Source: an uncultured Verrucomicrobiae bacterium
Lineage (GTDB): Bacteria; Verrucomicrobiota; Verrucomicrobiia; Limisphaerales; Palsa-1400
Length of the DNA: 64,000 nt
Assembly (NCBI GenBank): GCA_963702845.1
Contig: OY969763.1
Location: forward strand, 5,152,001-5,216,000
Reading direction: 5' to 3'
Under the pieces are notes generated by a model, which was given only the letters and a program-made list of their open reading frames with translations, ran no database searches and was not told the DNA's origin. The position numbers were made by a program, and so were the translations under genes. Positions 18,940 to 29,067 of the stretch are shown here, piece after piece; position 1 is the stretch's first letter, and each line of letters starts with the position of its first letter.

Positions 18940-21258
18940 TTACGGATAAATTTCGTAGACCAGCCCGTTCATCACGAACTGCACGTTGTTGCCTTGAGCC
19001 AGCCACGGCAACGCTTGTTTGTTCGTGCGGGCGAGATCGAAGTATTCTTTCGAATTAAATTGGACTCGGACATGTTTGGCTTTCGTTACATTTTGCACAT
19101 CGGTGTCTAGCCATTGGCTGCCGTTGAGGAAGAAGTTTTTCCCGGCGACAAATCGCGTTTGCTGAGCCGATTGATTGACTTGCGCGAGAATGTTTCCTTC
19201 GGCTTTTGCTTCAGCTGGCAGACCCGCCGCCACTGGCATTGGGCTAGTCGTCATGGCAGCGGCGAAGGCAGTGCCGGAGGCTTGTCGCGAACCGAGAGCC
19301 TGATTGTTGGCGAGCGCATCGCTGGCATTGTTGGCGTCTTTAAAGTTCGAACTGTACTGCGAATTCGCTACCGCAGCTTCACCGCTCACTTTGCGCTTGT
19401 AGTCATAATACAACTGACCGCCCTGTTTCATTGCGATATCGTCGCGATCAAGCTTCTGCATCGAACGCATCGCGACAGGCACGTTGCGCTTCTTTTCGTC
19501 CTCGACGATCAGATACGCGGTGTAAGGCGTGACGATTCCATACTTACGCGCCAGCGTGGTGACCTCGTCGCGGCTCTCGGTGTTGTCGCCGTGCAAACGA
19601 ATTTCGTCGAGCAGATACCCAACGCGCCGCGTCGCCCACAAGCGCGGAATAAAGTCGTGCTGTTCGTCCGTCGAAAAATCCACGTCATAGCGGAATTTTT
19701 TCGTCGCTCCGTTCACCGTTCCTTCCAAGACAACTTTGCCGTGAGCGTCGTGATTATATCGACCGACGAGAACCAATTGCTCGCCGCTAAACAAATCCGG
19801 CAGCGGCGACGGATACAATTTACTGACTCGCACGCCGTCGGGAAACTGCAGCTTCGGATTCGCAAGCACGGGCTCTTTCACCTTTGCAAAAAAACTCGAG
19901 ACCTTGGCTTCAATGTCTTCTTCGGGCAACACGTATTGCGTCACGGCATGCGTCTCTTCGGCGATGCGATCGAGCAGGCGGGTGTTCACGTCGTAACCGA
20001 CGCCGAAACAAAACACTCGCGTGTTGCCGCCGCCGCCTTCGCGGGCGTGCTCGATGATGGCTTTCTCGTCGGTGACGCCGATTGTCGGCAAACCGTCGGT
20101 GAGAAAAATGACGAGGTAAGGCCGCTCAGAGTCTTTTGGTCGAACTTTCAGCGCTTCCTGCAACGCTGAATCAAGCGCGGTGCTGCCGGTGGCCTGTAAG
20201 TCCTTGATGAAATCCTGCGCTTCTTTACGCGAGCCGTCGGATACTTTGCGCAGTCCATGGAAGAGCGGCTCAACTTCAGTGGAAAAGTGGACCACTTCAA
20301 AGCGATCCTCCTCATTCAAGCTATCCACGCAAAACTCGAGCGCTTTCCTGGCCTGCTTGATCTTGTTGCCTTGCATCGATCCAGAAGTATCGATCACGAA
20401 CGTGACATCTTTCGGATTCACCGTGTGTTTCTTCGCAACGACTCCAGGCGAGAGCAGCATCAGAAAATAGCCGTCGTCATTGCCGGTTTTATAGGTCATC
20501 AGGTTCGCGCCGAGTTCGTCGGTGTCGGCTTTGTAGAACAGTTCGAAATCGGAGTCGCATTTCACATCGGCTGTTTCGAAGCCGATGGTGGCGCGGTCAT
20601 CACCCTTTCGCCGCACTTCAACTTTGTGGCTGGGCGAGTAGATGGACTTGAGAGGTTGGGTCGATTCCAGTTCGACCTTTACGCTGACGTTCTTCAAAGG
20701 CCGCGTGGAGAAACGAGTCGTGTTCAATGGAAACGCGTAACTGACCAGGCCGGAATCGCTCTTGAGCACTTGAGTATAAGAGAAGGTCACGCGCTTTTGA
20801 CCATGAGCGGGAATGGGAAAGATGCGCAGCTTGAACAAATCGCGATCGGCGTATTCCAACAGCGCCGGATCCTTCATCTTGCGCACGATCTCTTCGTAAA
20901 TGCCACGCGCCTTGACCGACTTCAGTAATTCGGCTTCGACCATTTTGCCGTCGATTTCCATGGTGAACTTATCGAGTTGCGCGCCGCGCGGCACGGGGAA
21001 CAGGAGCGAACCCTCCATCTGTTGCGGGTTGGGATTGTAAAGAACCTGCTCGACCTTCGTGTGCGCCACCTGATCGTGGATATTTGCGGTGACGCGTGTG
21101 GACTCGATTTCGATTGCGCCCCATTGGTAAGGGGCGAAGTCCGGTGGGCGAATTGGATGCCTGACGTCGACCTCCGGAACAAAAACCTGGCCCAAGGCGC
21201 AATGAGCGAGTGCTGATACGAGTAATACGGCGGCACGAACGAACGAAATCGTCTTCAT
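18940..21258 (-). CDS. Secreted VIT + VWA domain protein (inter-alpha-trypsin-inhibitor-like)
   Basis: Signal peptide, VIT region (QVLYNPN...EG..LFPVP...ARGIYEEIVR..KDPALLEY), MIDAS motif DTSGSM, LTDG and LWATRRVGYLL. Confidence 0.92.
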   Translation of the reverse strand: MKTISFVRAAVLLVSALAHCALGQVFVPEVDVRHPIRPPDFAPYQWGAIEIESTRVTANIHDQVAHTKVEQVLYNPNPQQMEGSLLFPVPRGAQLDKFTMEIDGKMVEAELLKSVKARGIYEEIVRKMKDPALLEYADRDLFKLRIFPIPAHGQKRVTFSYTQVLKSDSGLVSYAFPLNTTRFSTRPLKNVSVKVELESTQPLKSIYSPSHKVEVRRKGDDRATIGFETADVKCDSDFELFYKADTDELGANLMTYKTGNDDGYFLMLLSPGVVAKKHTVNPKDVTFVIDTSGSMQGNKIKQARKALEFCVDSLNEEDRFEVVHFSTEVEPLFHGLRKVSDGSRKEAQDFIKDLQATGSTALDSALQEALKVRPKDSERPYLVIFLTDGLPTIGVTDEKAIIEHAREGGGGNTRVFCFGVGYDVNTRLLDRIAEETHAVTQYVLPEEDIEAKVSSFFAKVKEPVLANPKLQFPDGVRVSKLYPSPLPDLFSGEQLVLVGRYNHDAHGKVVLEGTVNGATKKFRYDVDFSTDEQHDFIPRLWATRRVGYLLDEIRLHGDNTESRDEVTTLARKYGIVTPYTAYLIVEDEKKRNVPVAMRSMQKLDRDDIAMKQGGQLYYDYKRKVSGEAAVANSQYSSNFKDANNASDALANNQALGSRQASGTAFAAAMTTSPMPVAAGLPAEAKAEGNILAQVNQSAQQTRFVAGKNFFLNGSQWLDTDVQNVTKAKHVRVQFNSKEYFDLARTNKQALPWLAQGNNVQFVMNGLVYEIYP

Positions 21259-21297
21259 GCCCAGTTAGACGGAAAGGCCTGAAGAATGCTCCCGCGC

Positions 21298-21720
21298 TCA
21301 AGGCTTCACAATTTTGTCCATCAAATCGGGCGCAAACGCCATGAAATGGCGATCGTTTAGCGTATAGATTCGTCGTGCTTTGCTTTTTCGAGCGCAACCA
21401 AGAATAAACAAGTCGTAAACAGCGCCACCGCGAACTCCCGCAGGGCCTGCCGACTCAATCACTTTCAAATACTCGGCGTGAGACAGACCTATCAAGCCGA
21501 GCCTGTCGTAAACGTTGTGCTTCACGAGATTTGTAGCATCGCGAGGTGAAAGTTGCAGACCGAGCCTGCCACCAGTGAGCGTCGCGAAACATTCCAAAAG
21601 GCAATGCGCCGCTGTGCTCCCGTCCTTTGTTGCTTCCAGCGCGGCGGCGCAGGCGTCGTGGCGAGGTTCATCTTCGACCATTGCCGCGACGAGCACCGTT
21701 GTATCGAAGAAATCGCTCAC
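21298..21720 (-). CDS. vapC: PIN-domain toxin (VapC-like)
   Basis: FFDTTVLV...LEC...YDLFI...IYTLNDRHF, the PIN acidic-residue pattern. Confidence 0.88.
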   Translation of the reverse strand: MSDFFDTTVLVAAMVEDEPRHDACAAALEATKDGSTAAHCLLECFATLTGGRLGLQLSPRDATNLVKHNVYDRLGLIGLSHAEYLKVIESAGPAGVRGGAVYDLFILGCARKSKARRIYTLNDRHFMAFAPDLMDKIVKP

Positions 21721-21965
21721 AAACGTTCTTTGCGCGTTTCTTCGACCGCGCTAACCACGTCAACAACTTTGCCTTGTCTGGGAACAACGAGCAATTTACC
21801 GCGTTGCTGCAGTTTTGGGCTTTGGTCTTCAGCCAAGGTCAACTCCAAGCGGTTCCCGTAAACTTCGGCTTCAAAGACAGCAGTCGGTGGTGTGTTCAGT
21901 GACTGGCGGATACTACGAGGAAGCACTAAGCGGCCCGCACGGTCCATCGCGAGTTTTACTTTCAT
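21717..21965 (-). CDS. vapB: AbrB/MazE/SpoVT-type antitoxin (VapB-like)
   Basis: MDRAGRLVLPRSIRQSL swapped-hairpin motif; ATGA overlap with the PIN gene. Confidence 0.88.
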   Translation of the reverse strand: MKVKLAMDRAGRLVLPRSIRQSLNTPPTAVFEAEVYGNRLELTLAEDQSPKLQQRGKLLVVPRQGKVVDVVSAVEETRKERL

Positions 21966-21972
21966 AGCATGC

Positions 21973-22003
21973 ATACCATACCAAATACCATACCATATGG
22001 CAA
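21973..22003 (-). promoter_or_regulatory. vapBC promoter with tandem operator repeats
   Basis: Minus-strand TTGCCA-N17-TATGGT. ATACCATACCA occurs twice (21973-21983 and 21985-21995) across the spacer and -10 box. Confidence 0.65.
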
Positions 22004-22132
22004 TTTATTTGGTAGCTTAGGCGTTCGAAATGTTTTGAAGCCCCCTGTTGCGGTCGCCGCGGACGTGGACGTCCGCACTCCGCACAGTCAAGCGAACTTG
22101 AATTTACGCGGCATTTAGACAAAGATATTTCC

Positions 22133-22855
22133 ATGAAAGCCATCACATATTCCACGTTGGTTCTCTGTTCAATTCTCACCCTCTCGGTTCACGCCGAAAA
22201 CAAAACCAAATGGCGCATCAAAGGCGATCTCGAGGAGGCCTGCTCGTGCAATGCTCCCTGCCCGTGTTGGTTCCAGGCGTTGCCCTCGCGCGTGACCTGC
22301 AACGGCGCGCAAATTATTTTCATTGAAAAAGGCAAATACGGGAAAGTGTCGCTCGATGGCCTAGCCGTCGCACAATACGTGCAGAGTCCCGAAAACAAAT
22401 CGATGTTCGAGTCGTTCGGCAATTGGAACATCGACAGTATTTACATCGATGAAAAAGCCAACGAGGCGCAACGCGCTGCGCTTAAGGAAGTCGCTATCCA
22501 CCTCTTTCCTCAAGGCGGTAAAGAACATAAATTTGGAGTCGTCCCGATTTCCCGCCGCATTCAAGGCGGTGAACACATCACGACTGTCGGCAATTATTCC
22601 ATTTGCTCCGGCCATCTGATTCAAGGTGGTTACGAGGGCGCGCCACTAATCAGCAACGTCCCGCTGGCCGATCCGACTCACAAACAATTTCATCAAGGCC
22701 AGACGACAAAGCTCACCTACACCGACGCTGGACAGAACTGGAAATACGAAGATTCCAATTACATGTTTAACAAGTTCGACGTGGACAATAAAGAGTACGA
22801 GAAATTCGAAGCCGACATGGCAAAGAAGATGGAGAAACTAAAAGGTAAGATGTAA
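22133..22855 (+). CDS. Secreted DUF1326-family Cys-motif (metal-binding) protein
   Basis: Signal peptide followed by W..KG...EACSCNAPCPC...C.G...I.KG.YG.V.LDGL...YIDEKA...QR.AL. Confidence 0.8.
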   Translation: MKAITYSTLVLCSILTLSVHAENKTKWRIKGDLEEACSCNAPCPCWFQALPSRVTCNGAQIIFIEKGKYGKVSLDGLAVAQYVQSPENKSMFESFGNWNIDSIYIDEKANEAQRAALKEVAIHLFPQGGKEHKFGVVPISRRIQGGEHITTVGNYSICSGHLIQGGYEGAPLISNVPLADPTHKQFHQGQTTKLTYTDAGQNWKYEDSNYMFNKFDVDNKEYEKFEADMAKKMEKLKGKM

Positions 22856-23032
22856 GCGCGCTCAGAACGATTGCGATGGCTGCGGAATAATTTGTTTTGC
22901 GAAGTTCAATTGTTGGCCCAGCTCTGCCATTGTTGCTGCAATGTGTTTGTCGAGGATTACGATGTGCCCGTTCGCCATCAGGGGCCAGGTCGGCAGGTTG
23001 CAAGTCGGCATTTGACAGGTAGACTTACCTAC

Positions 23033-23455
23033 ATGAATCGAAAAGCATCAGCGATCTGGCGCGGCGGCCTCAAAGACGGCAAAGGCGTCATCTCAACCGA
23101 CAGCGGAGTTTTGAAAGACACGCAGTATTCTTTCAGCACACGCTTTGAAAACGGCGTTGGAACAAATCCCGAAGAACTGATCGCAGCGGCGCACGCCGGC
23201 TGTTTTTCGATGGCATTTTCGGCCGAGCTTGGCAAAGCGGGGCTTATTCCGGAATCGATCAACACCACCGTCACAATTACTTTCGAAAAAACGGATGCCG
23301 GTTTCACGGTGACCAAATCTCACCTCGATGTGACCGCCAAGATTCCGGGAGCGGATCAGAACAAAGCGATGGAAATCGCTAATGCGGCCAAAGCCGGCTG
23401 CCCGATTTCGCGGTTGCTGAAGTGCGAAATCACCATGGACGCGAAGCTGAGTTGA
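23033..23455 (+). CDS. osmC: OsmC family peroxiredoxin
   Basis: [16 protein letters not shown]...[27 protein letters not shown]...AKAGCPISR. Confidence 0.95.
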   Translation: MNRKASAIWRGGLKDGKGVISTDSGVLKDTQYSFSTRFENGVGTNPEELIAAAHAGCFSMAFSAELGKAGLIPESINTTVTITFEKTDAGFTVTKSHLDVTAKIPGADQNKAMEIANAAKAGCPISRLLKCEITMDAKLS

Positions 23456-23565
23456 TTAAGGCATTGGCGTTTACTTCTGCGGGGTGCGGTGTCGGGCTCG
23501 GGGCAACGGGCGAAACGTATCTACACTGGTAATTGTTTCGCAAGTGACGACCGATTGGAGTGCCT

Positions 23566-24462
23566 ATGGCGCGACCAAATTTTCTGCTAACGACGGTAGT
23601 CTGGCTGGTCATTTTTACTGCTTCGCAACTCAGGGCGGGCGAGGCGATGACTTATATCTATAATGCGCCCGAATCCCTTCTCGATAAACGGTACCTCTTT
23701 CATTGGGAGATTTTGCGAACGGCCCTGGAAAAGACTAAAGACAATTACGGGCCGTATCGGATGGTGGCTTCTGAATTCATGACGGAACGGCGACAGGCGT
23801 TTGAATTGAAAAACGCAACGGGGAAGTTGACGGTGATGTATCTGAGCACGATTCCGGATTTTGAAACGAATCTGATGCCGATTCGGATTCCGGTGGATAA
23901 AAACCTGGGCGGGTATTGTGTCTTTTTGATTCGGAAGGACCGCGCGGTGAAGTTTCGGACGGTGAAGACTTTGGATGATTTGCGGCAGTTCAGCTACGGA
24001 CTCGGACTCGGGTGGATTGATGTGGATATTTTAAAGTCGAACAATCTGAAGGTTGTGACGGGGTCGAGTTATGAGGGGTTGTTTGAGATGACGGTGGCTG
24101 GACGGTTTGATGTGTTTTTGCGCGCGGCGGTGGAGGTGCTGGAGGAATATGAGGAACGGAAGAGCAAGTTCCCGGACCTGATGATCGAGGAGACGATTTG
24201 TTTGTATTATCCGCTGCCAATGTATTTCTGGTTTTCGAAAACGGACGAGGGCATGGCGCTGAAGAAGCGCGCCGAGGAGGGAATGTGGATGATGATCAAT
24301 GACGGAACGTACGACAAAATTTTCGATAAATATCAGCGGTCGAAAATTGAGCGGCTGAAATTGAAGGAGCGGAAGTTGTTCAAGATCGTGAATCCGTTCC
24401 TCGTGCCAGAGACGCCGTTGAATGACAAACGGCTGTGGTTTGATCCCCAGACTTATAAATGA
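23566..24462 (+). CDS. Periplasmic substrate-binding protein (family 3/PBP2-like)
   Basis: Signal peptide, IRIPVDKNLGGY, GLGWIDVDILK.N, YEGLFEM...GRFDVF.R...E and YYPLPMYFWF. Confidence 0.8.
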   Translation: MARPNFLLTTVVWLVIFTASQLRAGEAMTYIYNAPESLLDKRYLFHWEILRTALEKTKDNYGPYRMVASEFMTERRQAFELKNATGKLTVMYLSTIPDFETNLMPIRIPVDKNLGGYCVFLIRKDRAVKFRTVKTLDDLRQFSYGLGLGWIDVDILKSNNLKVVTGSSYEGLFEMTVAGRFDVFLRAAVEVLEEYEERKSKFPDLMIEETICLYYPLPMYFWFSKTDEGMALKKRAEEGMWMMINDGTYDKIFDKYQRSKIERLKLKERKLFKIVNPFLVPETPLNDKRLWFDPQTYK

Positions 24463-26469
24463 GCGCTGTTCCCAGCGAGCCCTGCACGCGTCCGAGTTCA
24501 ATCGCGACGCTGGTGATCATTGCGCTGGTGACAGTAACGACACTGGTCCTGGCGACGTTTGGGATAATTAATTATCGGTCAGAAGCGAAGGAGCATTGGC
24601 ATACTTTGCGCGTGCATGTCGCGGCAGATGCGGAGCAGATGGCGGCAGCGTTGGCATTACCCCTTTGGAATTTTGACCGACCGCAAATCGATCGCGTGGT
24701 TGAGAGTATTTTCATGGAACCGGTGGTGGTCCGCATCCAGTTACACGAACAGGGTGCGCGCGGGACAACGATGGTTTGGGAGCGATCGGTGGATGGCTCA
24801 GTACGCAAAGGCGGCAACAGTGAATTCCCGACGAACGGTTTGTTGCGGGAGGTCAGGACGGTGAAGGCAGGGACGGATACGATGCTTGGGACGGTGGAGC
24901 TTTTTGCGACACCGGAGTTTTTACAGTCGGAATTGCGAAAGGATCTGGCGGCAACGATTGCCAGAATCGTCGCGCTGGATGCGGTGTTGTCGCTGGCTTT
25001 GTATCTGGTTTTGTGCCGGTGGGTGATCAACCCATTAAAGACGGTGCAGCAGTTTGCGGTGGCGGTGAGTACGGGCACGGTTGCAAATCGAAAAATGGGT
25101 GGGCCACGGTTTTACGGCGAGCTGGAGTCGTTGAGGCGATCGATGGAAAAGACGTTCGGCGAACTGGAGCATCGCTACCTCGAAAAAGAGAAGGCAGAGG
25201 CGGCGCTGCGACGGCAGGCGGCATTTGATGAATTGATTACGCGGCTGATGACACAGTTTGTCAGCGCGACGGCGGCGGAGATTGATGAGCAGGTGAGGGC
25301 GAGTTTGCGGGGGATTGCGGAGTTTGTAGGCGCCGAATCTGGGGTCGTGATTCAAGTCTCCGGCGACCGGACGTCGTGGAGTGTGACGCATGAATGGTGT
25401 GCGCCGGGAATCGCCAGCCGGATGGGCCATTTTCAAGCAGTGCCGATGGGTGGATCGCCGTGGATCGAAGATCGGATTACTGATGATAACGCGGTGGCCA
25501 TCGGATCTAAAAATGAGTTACCCGCTGATGCGAAAGAGGAGCGCGCGCGATGGGAGAAAGCAGGGATAAAGTCGATTTTGCATGTGCCACTCAGGGCGCG
25601 AGGGGGTGCTATCAACGGAGCGTTGTCGTTGGTTTCTTTCTCCCGGGAAGTGAATTGGCCGCGAGCGGAAATTCCGCGCGTGCGAATTTTGAGTAATGCC
25701 ATAGCGAACACGTTGGAGCGACAAACAGCAGAGGAATTGGTGCTGCATTCGCGCGAGCAGTTGCGCGCGTTGACGGGGCGGTTGCAATCGTTGCGGGAAG
25801 AGGAGCGGACGCGATTGTCACGGGAGATTCACGATCATCTTGGACAGTTGTTGACGGCGCTGAAGTTGGATTTGCGTTTAGTGGAGCGGAAGGTTGCCGG
25901 GTTGCCCGATAGCGAGGGAAGGAACGTTGCGACCAATAAATTGGTGTCGGCGCAGATGCTGGCGGATGAGACGTTGGTTTCGGTGCAGAAGATTGCGGCG
26001 GAGTTGAGGCCGGGGATTTTAGATCGAATTGGATTGGCGGCGGCGATTGAGTCGGACGCGAATGCTTTTCAAACGAGGACTGGCGTGGTGATCGAATGCA
26101 AGGTCCCCAAAGATACGGCGGATGTTCCGCAGGAACTTGCGACGGCGGCATACCGGATTTTCCAGGAGCTGTTGACGAATATTGCGCGGCACGCGAAGGC
26201 GACGCATGCGAGAGTGGGGGTTGGGATTTAATGATGGGTGGCTGGTTTTGGAGGTGAATGATAATGGGGTGGGAATTCGCGCATCGGAAATTGACAACCC
26301 GAATTCACTTGGGATTCTTGGGATGCACGAACGGGCCGCGATGCTCGGCGGCACAACGTTGCTCGAAGGTAAGCCGGGGGAGGGCACGACTGTGATTGTG
26401 ACAATTCCGTTCGATAGTCAACGCAACGCAACTGACGGGGCGCGCGGCGCGACGTCCGCTACCAAATGA
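24459..26469 (+). CDS. Sensor histidine kinase (2 TM, HAMP-like, GAF, HisKA_3, HATPase_c); +1 frameshift in a G-run at ~26216-26220
   Basis: EEERTRLSREIHDHLGQ and RIFQELLTNIARHA. Removing one G joins the frame to LEVNDNGVG...SLGILGMHER...GEGTTV. Confidence 0.9.
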
Positions 26470-27098
26470 AACGAGTACTGATAGCAGATGACCACGCGAT
26501 GATGCGCAAAGGTCTCCGGGAAACACTTGAGGAAGAAGTGGGGCCGCTGACTTTTGGCGAGGCGGAGAACAGCGCGCAGGTCATGGAAATGATCTGGAAA
26601 CAGAAGTGGGACCTGGTGTTGCTGGATATTAATATGGAAGGTCGTAGCGGCTTGGAGGCGTTGGCGGAAATCCGCAAGGAGCGACCGAAATTGCCGGTGC
26701 TGATTTTGAGCATGTATCCGGAACAGGATTTTGCGGTGCGCGCCTTGAAACTAGGCGCGTCAGGTTATATCAGCAAGCGACTGGCCTCGGATGAACTTGT
26801 GGCGGCGGTGAAGAAAGTTTTGGCGGGCGGCCGCTATATCACACCGGCTGTAGCGGACCAACTCGCGGCGGAATTGCATCGGGAGAGCCATCGAGCGCCA
26901 CACGAACTGCTTTCAAATCGTGAGTTCCAGATCATGAGAATGATTGCGACTGGCAAATCGCTAAAGGAGATTGCCGCGGAACTGTCGATCAGCGTGAAAA
27001 CAGTGGGAACTTATCACGGGCGGTTGCTCGCGAAAATGGGGATGAGTTCAGACATTGACCTCACCCGCTACGCTTTGACGAACAAGCTCGTGGATTAG
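26466..27098 (+). CDS. NarL/UvrY-family response regulator
   Basis: IADDH, LLDINM, LSMYPE, GASGYISK and the LuxR HTH LSNREFQI...KEIAAELSISVKTV. Confidence 0.96.
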   Translation: MKRVLIADDHAMMRKGLRETLEEEVGPLTFGEAENSAQVMEMIWKQKWDLVLLDINMEGRSGLEALAEIRKERPKLPVLILSMYPEQDFAVRALKLGASGYISKRLASDELVAAVKKVLAGGRYITPAVADQLAAELHRESHRAPHELLSNREFQIMRMIATGKSLKEIAAELSISVKTVGTYHGRLLAKMGMSSDIDLTRYALTNKLVD

Positions 27099-27135
27099 CC
27101 AGAGAACCGTTGCCTCGCCTCCTGCGGATTTCAAA

Positions 27136-27154
27136 TGTAAGCCCGCGGCTTACG
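27136..27154. promoter_or_regulatory. Palindrome, candidate NarL/UvrY-type binding site
   Basis: TGTAAGCC-CGC-GGCTTACG, with half-sites like the GacA/UvrY TGTAAG...CTTACA box. It lies upstream of the PAS kinase gene. Confidence 0.45.
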
Positions 27155-27284
27155 CGCCTTGTCATCTCATCCTTACCGGACTTCGGGATTCAGACTCAAT
27201 AGTAGGAAGTTCCATGCACACGTAAGCTTGACCTTCAGTCAAATAACAAAACCCACACATTGGATTAACGAAGGACACAAGCTT

Positions 27285-28859
27285 ATGACGATGGCATCAG
27301 GCAATTCGAATGGTGAGCAAAGTAGTGAACTGAGCACAGAGCGCATCGCACGCCGAGGAGCGGAGCGAGGGGCGTTACGGTATGACGACCGATCGTTTTT
27401 CGCGCTGATCGAGAATATCTCGGACGTGATTATCGCGACGGACGCGGAGGGCAATGTGTGCTACGTCAGTCCATCGGTGGAACGCATGCTCGGCTACGCG
27501 CGCTACGAAGTGCTGCGGCGGAGTATTTTTGATTTTATTCATCCCGACGATGAGCCATCCGCGCAATTGGCATTTGCGGATATGCTGGCGACTCCCGGGA
27601 AATCGGGCGCTTTAACGGCGGTGCGCGCGCGGGATCGTGATGGCGAATGGCACATCGTCGAAGCCGTCGGAAAGAAATTGCCCGAAGGCGAAACGGTAGT
27701 GATGAGCCTGCGCGATATCACCGATCGCATCAACACAGAGGAAGCGTTGCGGCAATCAGAAAACAAACTTCGCCTGCATTCGCAGCAGACACGGCTCGGC
27801 GTAATCGAATGGGATGCCAATTTGCGCATCACGGGATGGAATCCGGCAGCGGAAAAGATTTTTGGTTATTCGGCGGCGGAAGTTTTGGGACAGGACGTGA
27901 GATTGATCGCGATCGATGAGCACAATGATTTCGCCGCGGAGGCGGGCGTCTGGGTGATGGGTGACGCGAATACAGGGCCGCTGACGAACGAGAATGTCAC
28001 GCGGGAAGGGCGGATTATCGTTTGCGATTGGTGCAATACGCCGCTGACCGCGCCCAACGGCAAGGTGATTGGAGTTGTTTCATTGGTGGAAGACGTAACC
28101 GAACAGCGTCGTTTGCAGGAGCAGTTGGCGCACACGCAGAGGCTCGAGATGATTGGCACGATGGCGAGCGGGATTGCGCATGATTTGACGAATATTTTCA
28201 CGCCGATTGTCATGATTGCACCGACGTTGCACCCTGAAATTTCCAATCCAGCGGGTTTGGCCAAGCTGGAGGCTTTGCAAGCCAGCGCCAACCGTGGGCT
28301 TGAACTGGTGAACCATATTATGTCCCTGACGCGCGGTTCAAAAGTCGAGCGGACGAATGTGCAGTCGGGGAAAATCATTACCGAAGTCGCGCAGATCATT
28401 GAGGAAGTCTTTCCAAAATCGATCGGGCTGACGGTTAATCCGGTGGAAAATTTATGGACAGTCCACGGCAATTGCACGGAATTGCACCAGGTGTTGATGA
28501 ATCTCTGCGTTAACGCGCGCGATGCCATGCCGAAGGGCGGAACGTTGACGGTCAATGCGCGCAATGTCGTCCTGAGCAAAATGCAGGCGAGTTTTATTCC
28601 CAATGCACAAGCCGGTCCTTACGTTGAATGGCATGTTGCGGATACCGGCACGGGGATGGAACCGGAAACGATGCAGCGAATTTTTGATCCGTTTTTTACG
28701 ACCAAAGAACGCGGCAAAGGGACGGGGCTCGGCCTTGCGATCTGCCTGCGGATTGTCCAAAGCCACGGCGGGGCGATTCACGTGCAAAGCGAACCCGGCA
28801 AAGGGACGGATTTCAGGGTGTATTTTCCAATTGTATCCGCCGGCGTTGCAGATGTGTGA
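27285..28859 (+). CDS. Cytoplasmic PAS-PAS sensor histidine kinase (NtrB/CckA-like), no receiver domain
   Basis: Two PAS domains (YVSPSV...FIHPDD and WNPAAEKIFGYS), GIAHDLTN, QVLMNLCVNARDAM, DTGTGM, FDPFFTTK and GTGLGL. Confidence 0.93.
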   Translation: MTMASGNSNGEQSSELSTERIARRGAERGALRYDDRSFFALIENISDVIIATDAEGNVCYVSPSVERMLGYARYEVLRRSIFDFIHPDDEPSAQLAFADMLATPGKSGALTAVRARDRDGEWHIVEAVGKKLPEGETVVMSLRDITDRINTEEALRQSENKLRLHSQQTRLGVIEWDANLRITGWNPAAEKIFGYSAAEVLGQDVRLIAIDEHNDFAAEAGVWVMGDANTGPLTNENVTREGRIIVCDWCNTPLTAPNGKVIGVVSLVEDVTEQRRLQEQLAHTQRLEMIGTMASGIAHDLTNIFTPIVMIAPTLHPEISNPAGLAKLEALQASANRGLELVNHIMSLTRGSKVERTNVQSGKIITEVAQIIEEVFPKSIGLTVNPVENLWTVHGNCTELHQVLMNLCVNARDAMPKGGTLTVNARNVVLSKMQASFIPNAQAGPYVEWHVADTGTGMEPETMQRIFDPFFTTKERGKGTGLGLAICLRIVQSHGGAIHVQSEPGKGTDFRVYFPIVSAGVADV

Positions 28860-28930
28860 GGTTGGCCGGGAATTAGTGCGCCGGAAAAATTGAGCGGTTC
28901 TTGGCGCTTCAAAGGCACTGTTTTTCGCGC

Positions 28931-28958
28931 TTGACGCCCTCCCTGTATTGGCTATCCT
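28931..28958 (+). promoter_or_regulatory. nusA operon promoter
   Basis: TTGACG-N16-TATCCT. Confidence 0.6.
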
Positions 28959-28976
28959 AGTCTAGACAATTTGTTT

Positions 28977-29048
28977 GCCCTGATACGTCGGGGCGCGAGA
29001 GTCGGAGAAGTAGTTTCTGCCGACTTTTTTGTTCCCTGGATGGGGAAC
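28977..29048 (+). promoter_or_regulatory. Structured nusA 5' leader with a terminator/attenuator
   Basis: Hairpin GCCCTGA-TACG-TCGGGGC, then a terminator-like AGTCGG.AGAA-GTAGT-TTCT.G.CCGACT + TTTTT (29000-29030), then hairpin GTTCCC-TGGATG-GGGAAC. Confidence 0.6.
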
Positions 29049-29067
29049 TTGAACCGGAGACAAGCGT

